A DNA stretch of 64,000 nt from an uncultured virus (IMG/VR IMGVR_UViG_3300027751_000014) (lineage: Duplodnaviria > Heunggongvirae > Uroviricota > Caudoviricetes): the IMG/VR virus record IMGVR_UViG_3300027751_000014; one strand, written 5' to 3'. Position numbers and translations under genes: made by a program. The notes under the pieces were generated by a model. It worked only from the letters and a program-made list of their open reading frames with translations, was not told where the DNA came from and did not search any database. Below are positions 10,040 to 17,084 of this stretch, one piece after another; the first letter of the stretch is position 1, and every line of letters starts with the position of its first letter.

Positions 10040-10063
10040 AAGCCGCTAAAAAGCGGCTTTTTT
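10040..10063 (+). terminator. Intrinsic terminator (attenuator) upstream of the tRNA array
   Basis: AAGCCGCT-AAAA-AGCGGCTT then T-run; left arm is alternatively paired by GGCTTCCTTGT 9984-9994. Confidence 0.8.
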
Positions 10064-10313
10064 GTTGATGTAAAGAATAAGGGTTATAGTTAGATTGCAC
10101 GTGGACTTCGGTCCCCCAACTACTATAACGTAACTCGCTAAAGAGGTGGTAATCTTTAGCGCCAGACACAAGGGTAATTGAACCGTAAAGTCGGTCCCCG
10201 TAAAGAAAAACCAAATTTTAGCTTTTATAAGCAAACCGCAGTATGCCGTCGGGATTCAAATAACGGCATACATTTATATGTGCATTGGTAACAGTGTATA
10301 TATAAATGACAAT

Positions 10314-10387
10314 GGGGGTATAATTCAGTGGTAGAATAACTGGCTCTTAACCAGCTTACTGGAGTTCGATTCTCCGTACCCCTACCA
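10314..10387 (+). tRNA. tRNA-Lys(CTT)
   Basis: Cloverleaf, loop CTCTTAA, CCA. Confidence 0.85.
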
Positions 10388-10391
10388 ATTT

Positions 10392-10466
10392 GCCTTTGAA
10401 ACATTTAAGGATGATGCCCGGCCTTGTAAGTCGGAGAACGCGGTTCGATTCCGTGCTGAGGCTCCA
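10392..10466 (+). tRNA. tRNA-Thr(TGT)
   Basis: Loop CTTGTAA, GTTCGATT, CCA. Confidence 0.8.
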
Positions 10467-10555
10467 AATTCATCTACGAGGCTACGCTCGTCTTATCCCC
10501 AACGGATAAGTGTTATGGGACACCCTAACAAGAAAACATGCGTAGAACAAATTAT

Positions 10556-10633
10556 TGTCTCTGAGGCGCCAAGGTGGCAACCGCTTCGCTGTTAACGAAG
10601 AATAGACAGGTTCGATTCCTGTAGAGACAGCCA
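10556..10633 (+). tRNA. tRNA-Asn(GTT)
   Basis: Loop CTGTTAA, GCCA. Confidence 0.8.
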
Positions 10634-10639
10634 AACATT

Positions 10640-10714
10640 GGGGGATGGGCAGGGCACCCAGAGAATCCTTGCAAGATTCTAGCTTGATCGGTTCGAGTCC
10701 GATATTCTCCACCA
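10640..10714 (+). tRNA. tRNA-Ala(TGC)
   Basis: Loop CTTGCAA, G3-U70, ACCA. Confidence 0.8.
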
Positions 10715-10866
10715 AATGACGAGGTGAACTGCATTAGCCAGCAGGTGTACTCGTACAATGTAGGGAAGCGTAAGCGACTATGGCCTTCTAGTCCCTACCA
10801 CAAAAGTACGCAGAGCAGTAAGTGGCACTTACTGTGAGTATGATTGTGAGGGAGGCCACGATTTAT

Positions 10867-10954
10867 GAACTGGTATGCAAACTGGCGAAGCAGACAGACT
10901 TTCAATCTGTTACCCGAAAGGGCCCTGCGGGTTCGAACCCCGTCCAGTTCTCCA
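10867..10954 (+). tRNA. tRNA with TTC (Glu) anticodon and long variable arm
   Basis: ACAGA-CTTTCAA-TCTGT, extra arm CCCGAAAGGG, TCCA. Confidence 0.75.
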
Positions 10955-10961
10955 AATAAAT

Positions 10962-11036
10962 GCTCCCATCGAATAGTGGTTAGTTCGTGAGGTTCTCAAC
11001 CTCAAAACAGGGGTTCGATCCCCCTTGGGAGTACCA
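10962..11036 (+). tRNA. tRNA-Glu(CTC)
   Basis: Loop TTCTCAA, ACCA. Confidence 0.85.
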
Positions 11037-11127
11037 AGCAGTGTGGCGTAGGCCACGTCACATACACCGAGAGGGGTGCCTGCATAGGCCATGTAGGATC
11101 GGTTGAAAAAAGTCTCCACCAAACAAT

Positions 11128-11204
11128 TGCAGAGTGGGGGAGTGGTCGTCCCCGGTTGGCTCATAACCATCAGATCGTAGGTTCGAATCCTACCTCCGCT
11201 ACCA
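11128..11204 (+). tRNA. tRNA-Met(CAT), initiator-like
   Basis: Loop CTCATAA, 1:72 mismatch, ACCA. Confidence 0.75.
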
Positions 11205-11206
11205 AA

Positions 11207-11384
11207 TTTGTAAATAGTTAGACGCAGTTGATGAGTAGACGCAATCGGGCTTCTCCCGGTGTGGGGAAGAATCGCGCAGTAGGGGTCAACGAAGAATGGC
11301 ATTGAGAAAGATGAGACTCACGCTAGGTAATGCTAAGTAGATCGAATCAATCCACGTTAGTCCATGCTAACTATTTACAAACCA
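11207..11384 (+). ncRNA. Unknown stem-bounded RNA ending in CCA
   Basis: 15-bp terminal inverted repeat TTTGTAAATAGTTAG/CTAACTATTTACAAA then CCA. Confidence 0.55.
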
Positions 11385-11390
11385 AACAAT

Positions 11391-11468
11391 GGGCGGCTGA
11401 TGGGAATTGGCATACCTGACGGGCTTAGAACTCGTCGCTTCTCGGTTCGAGTCCGAGGTCGCCTACCA
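11391..11468 (+). tRNA. tRNA-Leu(TAG), short variable loop
   Basis: Loop CTTAGAA, ACCA. Confidence 0.8.
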
Positions 11469-11673
11469 ATCAATGGGGTGGATCTAGATAAGAGCGTTCT
11501 GCAGAACGTGATGCTATTTCCGAGATGCGATGCATACGCGCGGAATGGTCAAGGGTTCAAGTCCCTTGCCGCCCCTGCCACTTTTATCGTTGATTTCACC
11601 CTGAAGGTGAAAATAATCGAAGTAGCCCTACAAAGGTGAAAAGGTACTGGAGCACCAGCAACGACGATTTTAT

Positions 11674-11744
11674 GCTCCGGCTCTTGAAGAGGCGCGGCTT
11701 TTACAAGGCTGCTGAAGACAGTTTGATTCTGTCACGGAGTACCA
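11674..11744 (+). tRNA. tRNA-Val(TAC), degenerate
   Basis: Loop TTTACAA, weak stems, ACCA. Confidence 0.55.
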
Positions 11745-11826
11745 AATATGTCCCGGACTGTTGTAGCAAGTCGGATTTGAGGCCGAATGTGGGCGAGTTA
11801 GATTCTCGTTAGGGGCACCAATCAAT

Positions 11827-11902
11827 GCCACTGTAGGCCTCTGGGTAGGTCAACTCGTTGTCTGCGAGAACAAGGAGGGTTCGATTCCCTTCAGTGGCGC
11901 CA
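11827..11902 (+). tRNA. tRNA-Asp(GTC), atypical loop
   Basis: Loop TTGTCTG, GCCA. Confidence 0.75.
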
Positions 11903-12066
11903 ATTTCTAGAAACGTGAGAGGGTGGCTTACTGGTAGCTAACTCACGCAAATCAACACTCACAAGCATGATCATACACTTGTATACAAATGCAGATTGGA
12001 TGTTAGTATCGCCCCGTGGGGGTATTGAGCGAGCGGGAATCATCCGAAAAAACATTCCTAGCCAAT

Positions 12067-12140
12067 GGGGGTATAATTCAGTGGTAGAATAGCTGGCTTT
12101 TAACCAGTCCACCGGAGTTCGATTCTCCGTGCCCCTACCA
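12067..12140 (+). tRNA. tRNA-Lys(TTT)
   Basis: Loop CTTTTAA; paralog of 10314. Confidence 0.85.
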
Positions 12141-12280
12141 ATTTCAATGGCATCTCCCCCGGGGAGCAAACCTGGATGCAATGATCCGTGGGGAGATGTG
12201 ACCAAATTTCTCATGTTAGGTACCTAGTTGGATTGAACTTCCGGCGGGTTGATAATAGTAAAGCCGAGCTAGATTTTAAT

Positions 12281-12351
12281 GCTCCATGCCCTTGGGGGAA
12301 CGCAAGTCTCCAAAATTTGCAGGCGCGGTTCGAATCCGTGATGGAGTGCCA
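12281..12351 (+). tRNA. tRNA-Trp(CCA)
   Basis: Loop CTCCAAA, short D arm, GCCA. Confidence 0.75.
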
Positions 12352-12534
12352 ATTTTTGACCAAACGGCAATGCGGTCAAAGAAAAGAAGGGGAGTCTCAG
12401 AACAGAGGTGTTGCCGCACCACTAAGTATGAGGCAGATCATTCGTCTAGTCAGGCTCAGGACAACCGCGTTGAGCGGTGAACATAGGTTCAAATCCTATA
12501 TGGTCGTTCCCCAGATTTTCTTTTATAGTTTTAT

Positions 12535-12609
12535 GCGTCTAAGCTCGAGGTGAGTCGCCAGCCTTCCAAGCTGTTGCAGAGTGGATTTCGATTATCCCTA
12601 GACGCTCCA
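12535..12609 (+). tRNA. tRNA-Gly(TCC)
   Basis: Loop CTTCCAA, TCCA. Confidence 0.75.
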
Positions 12610-12613
12610 AATT

Positions 12614-12716
12614 CTTGCTGTTAATGTAATGGTAGCATAGCAACCTCCCCAGGTTGAGTCCTTACTGGGCTCTTTATGGCAAATGCATGAGTGGTTCGAT
12701 TCCACAGGCAAGTCCA
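12614..12716 (+). tRNA. tRNA-Gly-like with 8-nt CCCC anticodon loop and expanded variable region
   Basis: CAAC-CTCCCCAG-GTTG, U73 CCA. Confidence 0.55.
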
Positions 12717-12723
12717 ATTTTAT

Positions 12724-12795
12724 GTCTAGGTGGTCAGGGACTCCGTCGGTCTGCAAAACCGCACGGTACGGGTTCGACTCCCGTCCTAGACTCCA
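12724..12795 (+). tRNA. tRNA-Cys(GCA)
   Basis: Loop CTGCAAA, TCCA. Confidence 0.8.
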
Positions 12796-12804
12796 ATTTT
12801 CAAT

Positions 12805-12882
12805 GGTGTAGGTATCATAACTGGATAATGATACTCCCTGTGAAGGAGTCCTATGCGGGTTCGAATCCCGTTCTACACCCCA
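12805..12882 (+). tRNA. tRNA-His(GTG)
   Basis: G-1, loop CTGTGAA, CCCA. Confidence 0.85.
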
Positions 12883-12888
12883 AACAAT

Positions 12889-12966
12889 GGGCGGCTGATG
12901 GGAATTGGCATACCTAGTGGACTCAAAATTCACTGTCTCTCGGTTCGAGTCCGAGGTCGCCTACCA
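12889..12966 (+). tRNA. tRNA-Leu(CAA), short variable loop
   Basis: Loop CTCAAAA, ACCA. Confidence 0.8.
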
Positions 12967-12972
12967 ATTTAT

Positions 12973-13056
12973 GGTTCATTATACCGTTAAGGACACGGGG
13001 AAGTCTGTAAAACTTTCGCTTCGGCAGTCTAGGATCGTTACCTAGGTGAACCACCA
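12973..13056 (+). tRNA. tRNA-Tyr(GTA)
   Basis: Loop CTGTAAA, variable arm, T-loop ATCGTTA. Confidence 0.8.
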
Positions 13057-13061
13057 AATAA

Positions 13062-13135
13062 GCCTCTTTAGTTCAATGGGAGAACAGTGAGCTGATAACT
13101 CACAAACGGTGGATCGTAACCATCAAGAGGCACCA
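13062..13135 (+). tRNA. tRNA-Ile(GAT)
   Basis: Loop CTGATAA, T-loop ATCGTAA. Confidence 0.8.
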
Positions 13136-13229
13136 TTTTTGTACACAGCCTTTACTAGCTAGAAGGTAGTGGACTATAAGGTGTTCACCTAAAAACGGTT
13201 CAATTCCGTGTGTACAGATTTATTACAAT

Positions 13230-13304
13230 GCTCCTCTCTTCTAACTGGCAAGAAACTTGGCCGATTACCGAGTAATGGCGGTTCAACCCCGTCGGGGAGT
13301 ACCA
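13230..13304 (+). tRNA. tRNA with GAT anticodon, atypical (C33, U37)
   Basis: CTTGG-CCGATTA-CCGAG, ACCA. Confidence 0.6.
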
Positions 13305-13431
13305 AACAATGGCGCAGATGCTGTCCAATCGTAAAAGACAGGTTGAAGATGCATGGATCCGGAACACGCTAGTAACTTCAATGCTTTTATGCTAAGTGGG
13401 TTAAACTCCCATCCTGTGACCACCAATTTTG

Positions 13432-13590
13432 AGAGTCCTTACAGGGACGTACTGTCGGTGAACGATTCCGACTTTGACGGTAGAAACGGAGATAGGGGTG
13501 GTTCCCGTGTATCTGTTCTATAACGTGACATTAATACATCATTGACCAGATGTTGGCGGTGCAAACCCGTTGCGTCCCTGTAAGGACTTT
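13432..13590 (+). ncRNA. Unknown structured RNA with 18-bp closing stem
   Basis: AGAGTCCTTACAGGGACG/CGTCCCTGTAAGGACTTT enclosing several hairpins. Confidence 0.55.
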
Positions 13591-13675
13591 TAGATTTTCG
13601 ATATAGCCAACTGAAAGAATGTGGCTTGCCAGCGACCGCCCCAACACTGGAGTAACAACTAGGGGCCCAAACAAT

Positions 13676-13753
13676 GCTGCTCTGGCAGAGATGGTTCTAT
13701 TGCGCTAGTCTGAAGAACTAGACATCGGGGTTCGATTCCCTGGGGCAGCACCA
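13676..13753 (+). tRNA. tRNA-Phe(GAA)
   Basis: Loop CTGAAGA, ACCA. Confidence 0.85.
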
Positions 13754-13759
13754 ATTTAC

Positions 13760-13838
13760 GGCCTATGGGACTGCTTGGTGTGGTCACTTGCCTGTCACGC
13801 AAGATATCAGAGGGGTTCGATTCCCCTATAGGTCGCCA
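13760..13838 (+). tRNA. tRNA-Asp(GTC)
   Basis: Loop CTGTCAC, GCCA. Confidence 0.85.
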
Positions 13839-13844
13839 AACAAT

Positions 13845-13931
13845 GGTAGGTTGCCAGAGTGGTAATGGAGCAGTTTGCTAAACTGTCGCTGAGAAATCGG
13901 CACATAGGTTCGAATCCTATACCTACCGCCA
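13845..13931 (+). tRNA. tRNA-Ser(GCT)
   Basis: Loop TTGCTAA, long arm, GCCA. Confidence 0.9.
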
Positions 13932-13936
13932 AACAT

Positions 13937-14012
13937 GCCCCTATAACTCAGTGGACAGAGTGTCACGCTTCGAACGTGATGGCCGGAGGTTCGAATCCTT
14001 CTAGGGGCGCCA
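13937..14012 (+). tRNA. tRNA-Arg(TCG)
   Basis: Loop CTTCGAA, GCCA. Confidence 0.9.
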
Positions 14013-14018
14013 AATAAT

Positions 14019-14092
14019 TCTCCCTTCGTCTAGCGGAAGGATAGCAGACTCTGAATCTGTTGACCGAGGTTCGAATCCTTGAGGGAGAGCCA
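14019..14092 (+). tRNA. tRNA-Gln(CTG)
   Basis: Loop CTCTGAA, GCCA. Confidence 0.9.
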
Positions 14093-14099
14093 ATTTTAT

Positions 14100-14175
14100 C
14101 TCTGATTAGCTGAGGCTGGTTTAGCATCGCGTTTGGGGCGCGGGGACGTAGGTTCGAGTCCTACATCGGAGACCA
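14100..14175 (+). tRNA. tRNA-Pro(TGG)
   Basis: Loop TTTGGGG, ACCA. Confidence 0.85.
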
Positions 14176-14182
14176 ATTTTAT

Positions 14183-14255
14183 ACCCAGGCCAATGGATGG
14201 AGGTAACGCTACGAACGTTGTCCGCGTGGAGGTTCGAATCCTCTCCTGGGTGCCA
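14183..14255 (+). tRNA. tRNA-Arg(ACG)
   Basis: Loop CTACGAA, reduced D arm, GCCA. Confidence 0.8.
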
Positions 14256-14381
14256 AACAGTGTTTCGATGCGGCTGGCGTTTGAGTCAGTTGCATAGGAC
14301 ACCTAGTTGTAGAATGACTCAGCATTACTAATTAGTAAGCTTGAAAGGACCCTTTCACATTCTACAACGGATCTAATTAAT

Positions 14382-14474
14382 GCCCTCATAGTGTAAAGGT
14401 AGCACCCGAGTTTTATACACTCGTTTCCGGCAGATTACCGGGTAGTGTAGGTTCGAATCCTGCTGAGGGTACCA
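14382..14474 (+). tRNA. tRNA with TAT (Ile) anticodon and long variable arm
   Basis: CGAGT-TTTATAC-ACTCG, arm CCGG..CCGG, ACCA. Confidence 0.75.
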
Positions 14475-14567
14475 GTTTTGACCAAAGAGAGCGAATGGAA
14501 CGCCTGTGGCTATTAGCCGCGAACGCCGGTTCCCCTTTTCGAAGAGGGTGCGGTCAAATTTAACAAT

Positions 14568-14644
14568 GGTACGTAATGCAAACTGGCAGAGCAGCTTGTC
14601 TCATAAATAAGTGATTCTCGGTTCAAGTCCGAGGCGTACTACCA
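14568..14644 (+). tRNA. tRNA-Met/Ile2(CAT)
   Basis: Loop CTCATAA, ACCA. Confidence 0.8.
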
Positions 14645-14728
14645 AATAATCCCGCAGTGAAACTGTGTATGCGCACACAGTGATACTGAACAATGTAGGT
14701 TCAATTCCTACCTGCGGGGCCAAACAAT

Positions 14729-14803
14729 TCACGGATCTTCTAATGGCAGGAAACCTGGCTTTGAACTAGGATAACGTAGGTTCGACCCCTACTCCGTGAT
14801 CCA
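14729..14803 (+). tRNA. tRNA-Gln(TTG)
   Basis: Loop CTTTGAA, TCCA. Confidence 0.8.
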
Positions 14804-14811
14804 ATTTCTTT

Positions 14812-14888
14812 CTGTGCGTAGCTCAGTCTGGTAGAGCTCCTGGCCTGGAACCAGGAGGCCGCAGGTTCAAATCCTGCCGCGCAGACCA
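14812..14888 (+). tRNA. tRNA-Pro(TGG), C33/A37 variant
   Basis: CCTGG-CCTGGAA-CCAGG, C1-G72, ACCA. Confidence 0.8.
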
Positions 14889-14893
14889 AACAT

Positions 14894-14970
14894 GCCCATG
14901 TAGCAGAGTTGGTTCATGCATCTCCTTGGTAAGGAGAAGCACGTCGGTTCGAATCCGTCCATGGGCTCCA
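14894..14970 (+). tRNA. tRNA-Thr(GGT)
   Basis: Loop TTGGTAA, TCCA. Confidence 0.85.
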
Positions 14971-14974
14971 AAAT

Positions 14975-15063
14975 GGAAGATGTCCGGCTGGTCGAGGACG
15001 CAGTCTTGAAAACTGTTGGGCTATTCATATGCTTCGGGGGTTCGAGTCCCTCATCTTCCGCCA
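14975..15063 (+). tRNA. tRNA-Ser(TGA)
   Basis: Loop CTTGAAA, long arm, GCCA. Confidence 0.85.
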
Positions 15064-15066
15064 AAA

Positions 15067-15186
15067 TCAGGATAACAACAACGCACCTAGTGTGGGGCTT
15101 AGTGGTTCAAATCCACGCGCATCGGAAGGTGCGTGTCAACATTACTCAGTTGTGGGTGTTGAGGTTCGATTCCTCGTCCTGACCCA
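15067..15186 (+). ncRNA. tRNA-like RNA with two T-arms
   Basis: Acceptor TCAGGAT/GTCCTGA+CCCA; GTGGTTCAAATCCAC and GAGGTTCGATTCCTC. Confidence 0.5.
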
Positions 15187-15192
15187 ATTTAT

Positions 15193-15267
15193 GCTCCGTT
15201 CGTCTATCGGTCAGGACACCGGGTTTTCATCCCGGCAAGAGGGGTTCGACTCCCCTACGGAGTACCA
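15193..15267 (+). tRNA. tRNA-Glu(TTC)
   Basis: Loop TTTTCAT, ACCA. Confidence 0.9.
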
Positions 15268-15453
15268 AATCAATTCTCACAGTATGGCCGGTTTTCGCGA
15301 ACCGTGCTGCATAGTGGAGCAATGTAGGTTCGACCCCTACCTGTGAGAGCCCAACGCGGCCCCGTGAGGTCACTAGTCAGGTTGACAATCCTGGCAGGTC
15401 GGGGTTCGAGCTGAGGCAAAAGATCTCAATATGCCAAAGCACCAATTTTCAAT

Positions 15454-15525
15454 GCCCTCGCCGATGGAACGGAACAGCGGTTTCTACCCGCAGTATTGTA
15501 GGTTCGAATCCTACCGAGGGTGCCA
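15454..15525 (+). tRNA. tRNA-Arg(TCT)
   Basis: Loop TTTCTAC, GCCA. Confidence 0.8.
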
Positions 15526-15562
15526 ATTTATTCTTGCATTTTACGTGCAAGGAGCGTATAAT

Positions 15563-15985
15563 ATGACGATGCACATAGGTATGACAGGAACACGTAGCGG
15601 TATGACGCCCGAGCAAGCGCATACCTTCTACAATCTTTTAGAAAAATACAAAGGTGAGTGGTTCCACCACGGTGATTGCCAAGGTGCAGACGCTGAGGGA
15701 CACGACTTTGCGACAGAGCTTGGATACAAAACCCATGTTCACCCACCCATCAAAGATGAGGTACGTGCCTTCAAGCAAGGCACAACGCAAAGCGAGAATA
15801 AAGGCTATTTTGCGAGGAATCGTGACATAGTAGATGAGTCCGAAATCTTATTTGGCACGCCTGTGACCATGTTTGAGACACAAGGCGGTACTTGGTACAC
15901 AATAAATTACGCTAAGAAGAAAAACAAACCAATAATTATTGTGTTCCCCGACGGAACAACAGAAGAATTCAATTTGCCGAAGTAG
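15563..15985 (+). CDS. SLOG-superfamily-like nucleotide-binding protein
   Basis: IGMTGTR...HHGDCQGAD...ARNRDIVD...GGTWYTI; start corrected to lie after the tRNA. Confidence 0.65.
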   Translation: MTMHIGMTGTRSGMTPEQAHTFYNLLEKYKGEWFHHGDCQGADAEGHDFATELGYKTHVHPPIKDEVRAFKQGTTQSENKGYFARNRDIVDESEILFGTPVTMFETQGGTWYTINYAKKKNKPIIIVFPDGTTEEFNLPK

Positions 15986-16051
15986 CTTAGACGGTAGAGC
16001 AGCGCACTCGTAATGCGAAGGTCCGAGGTTCGATTCCTCGCTGCGGCACCA
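15976..16051 (+). tRNA. tRNA-Thr(CGT)
   Basis: Loop CTCGTAA, ACCA. Confidence 0.9.
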
Positions 16052-16104
16052 ATTTCAAGTAATCATAGATAAATATACTGATTACAACTTACGGAGGATT
16101 TGCT

Positions 16105-16251
16105 ATGGACGAGAAGACCATACACCTCTTGCTAAAGACTGCAAAAGGTAGAGAATTTTATTTCCGAGAGCTTGCGAAAGAAAAACGACAAGCTGAAAGC
16201 CTAAAGCAAATCAAGAAAAATTGGAAATGGAGTAACTTCTTTCCGAAATAA
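16105..16251 (+). CDS. 48-aa basic hypothetical protein
   Basis: GATAAATA 16068, SD GGAGG, MDEKTIHLLL. Confidence 0.55.
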   Translation: MDEKTIHLLLKTAKGREFYFRELAKEKRQAESLKQIKKNWKWSNFFPK

Positions 16252-16257
16252 CCCTTT

Positions 16258-16329
16258 GCCCTCACCGATGGAGCGGACACGAGTTTCCTAAACTTGTTTT
16301 TGTAGGTTCGAATCCTACTGAGGGCACCA
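16258..16329 (+). tRNA. tRNA-Arg(CCT)
   Basis: Loop TTCCTAA, ACCA. Confidence 0.8.
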
Positions 16330-16332
16330 CCC

Positions 16333-16384
16333 AATCTGCTTTCAAGCGCAGATTAACCGACTTAATCTGCTTTCAAGCGCAGAT
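16333..16384 (+). repeat. 21-bp direct repeat (two hairpins)
   Basis: AATCTGCTTTCAAGCGCAGAT x2. Confidence 0.85.
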
Positions 16385-16392
16385 AGAACCTT

Positions 16393-16602
16393 TATACATA
16401 CAAGTGATCGCTCTACGGAGAGGAAGCTCAGGACAGGCGCTTAGGCGTGGGAGGTATACGTTATACCGCATAAACCACGTATATACGCTTCAGCGTATAG
16501 CCTGCAACGCAAACAGCCCGAGGGGAACCGAAGCCTCTATGACGGCGGGTCGCGGCCAATAGATGAATGTCACATAAACAGAATCCTGGCTATGGATGTA
16601 TA
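16393..16602 (+). ncRNA. rnpB: RNase P RNA, minimal (~210 nt)
   Basis: GAGGAAGCTCAGGAC (CR-I), AGATGAATGTC (CR-IV), ACAGAATCCTGGCTA (CR-V); P4 CAGGA/TCCTG; P1 TATACAT/ATGTATA. Confidence 0.8.
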
Positions 16603-16607
16603 ATACT

Positions 16608-16695
16608 GCGAATATGATGGAATTGGTAGACTTGCAAGAATGAGAGTCTTGTGCTGTATCACAGCGTGTGGGTTCGAGTCCCACTATTCGCACCA
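16608..16695 (+). tRNA. tRNA-Leu(GAG)
   Basis: Loop ATGAGAG, long arm, ACCA. Confidence 0.85.
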
Positions 16696-16714
16696 AATTT
16701 AGATAAATACGTTT

Positions 16715-17074
16715 ATGCGTATTGATGAAGTAATTGTCCCGTTCCCAACAAAGAAAAGTAATATCACTGCTCGCGGTGATATACGAAAATCTGATGTGGT
16801 TGGTAAAACAGCAACAGGCCAATTAGTGTATAGTGATGAGTTGACTGGTCAACCATATATACGGAATAAGAAGGACGTACCATTTTTTGTAAATGACGCA
16901 TTTGATGTTCCGGATAACTATGACGACAACTACGATTTCCCAAAACAATGGGTAATTGTAGACGATAAGATGCGCGCCTTCGGTAAATTATATTCTGATA
17001 AAAAAGAAGCCGAACTAGATGCGCGTAGATATCGACAATGGCATCACAAAGAAGTCAACGTACAAGCAGTATAA
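16715..17074 (+). CDS. Hypothetical protein
   Basis: GATAAATA at 16702 just upstream; 119-aa ORF. Confidence 0.7.
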   Translation: MRIDEVIVPFPTKKSNITARGDIRKSDVVGKTATGQLVYSDELTGQPYIRNKKDVPFFVNDAFDVPDNYDDNYDFPKQWVIVDDKMRAFGKLYSDKKEAELDARRYRQWHHKEVNVQAV

Positions 17075-17084
17075 ACCAAACAAT

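Noticed and set aside
10867..10954. Selenocysteine or opal-suppressor tRNA
   Set aside because: The loop CTTTCAA centres on TTC, not TCA, and the acceptor stem is 7 bp
11674..11744. Ochre (TTA) suppressor tRNA
   Set aside because: Only the TAC register gives a paired anticodon stem
10005..15346. Track ORFs on both strands across the tRNA array
   Set aside because: They overlap clear tRNA genes and lack SDs or protein motifs
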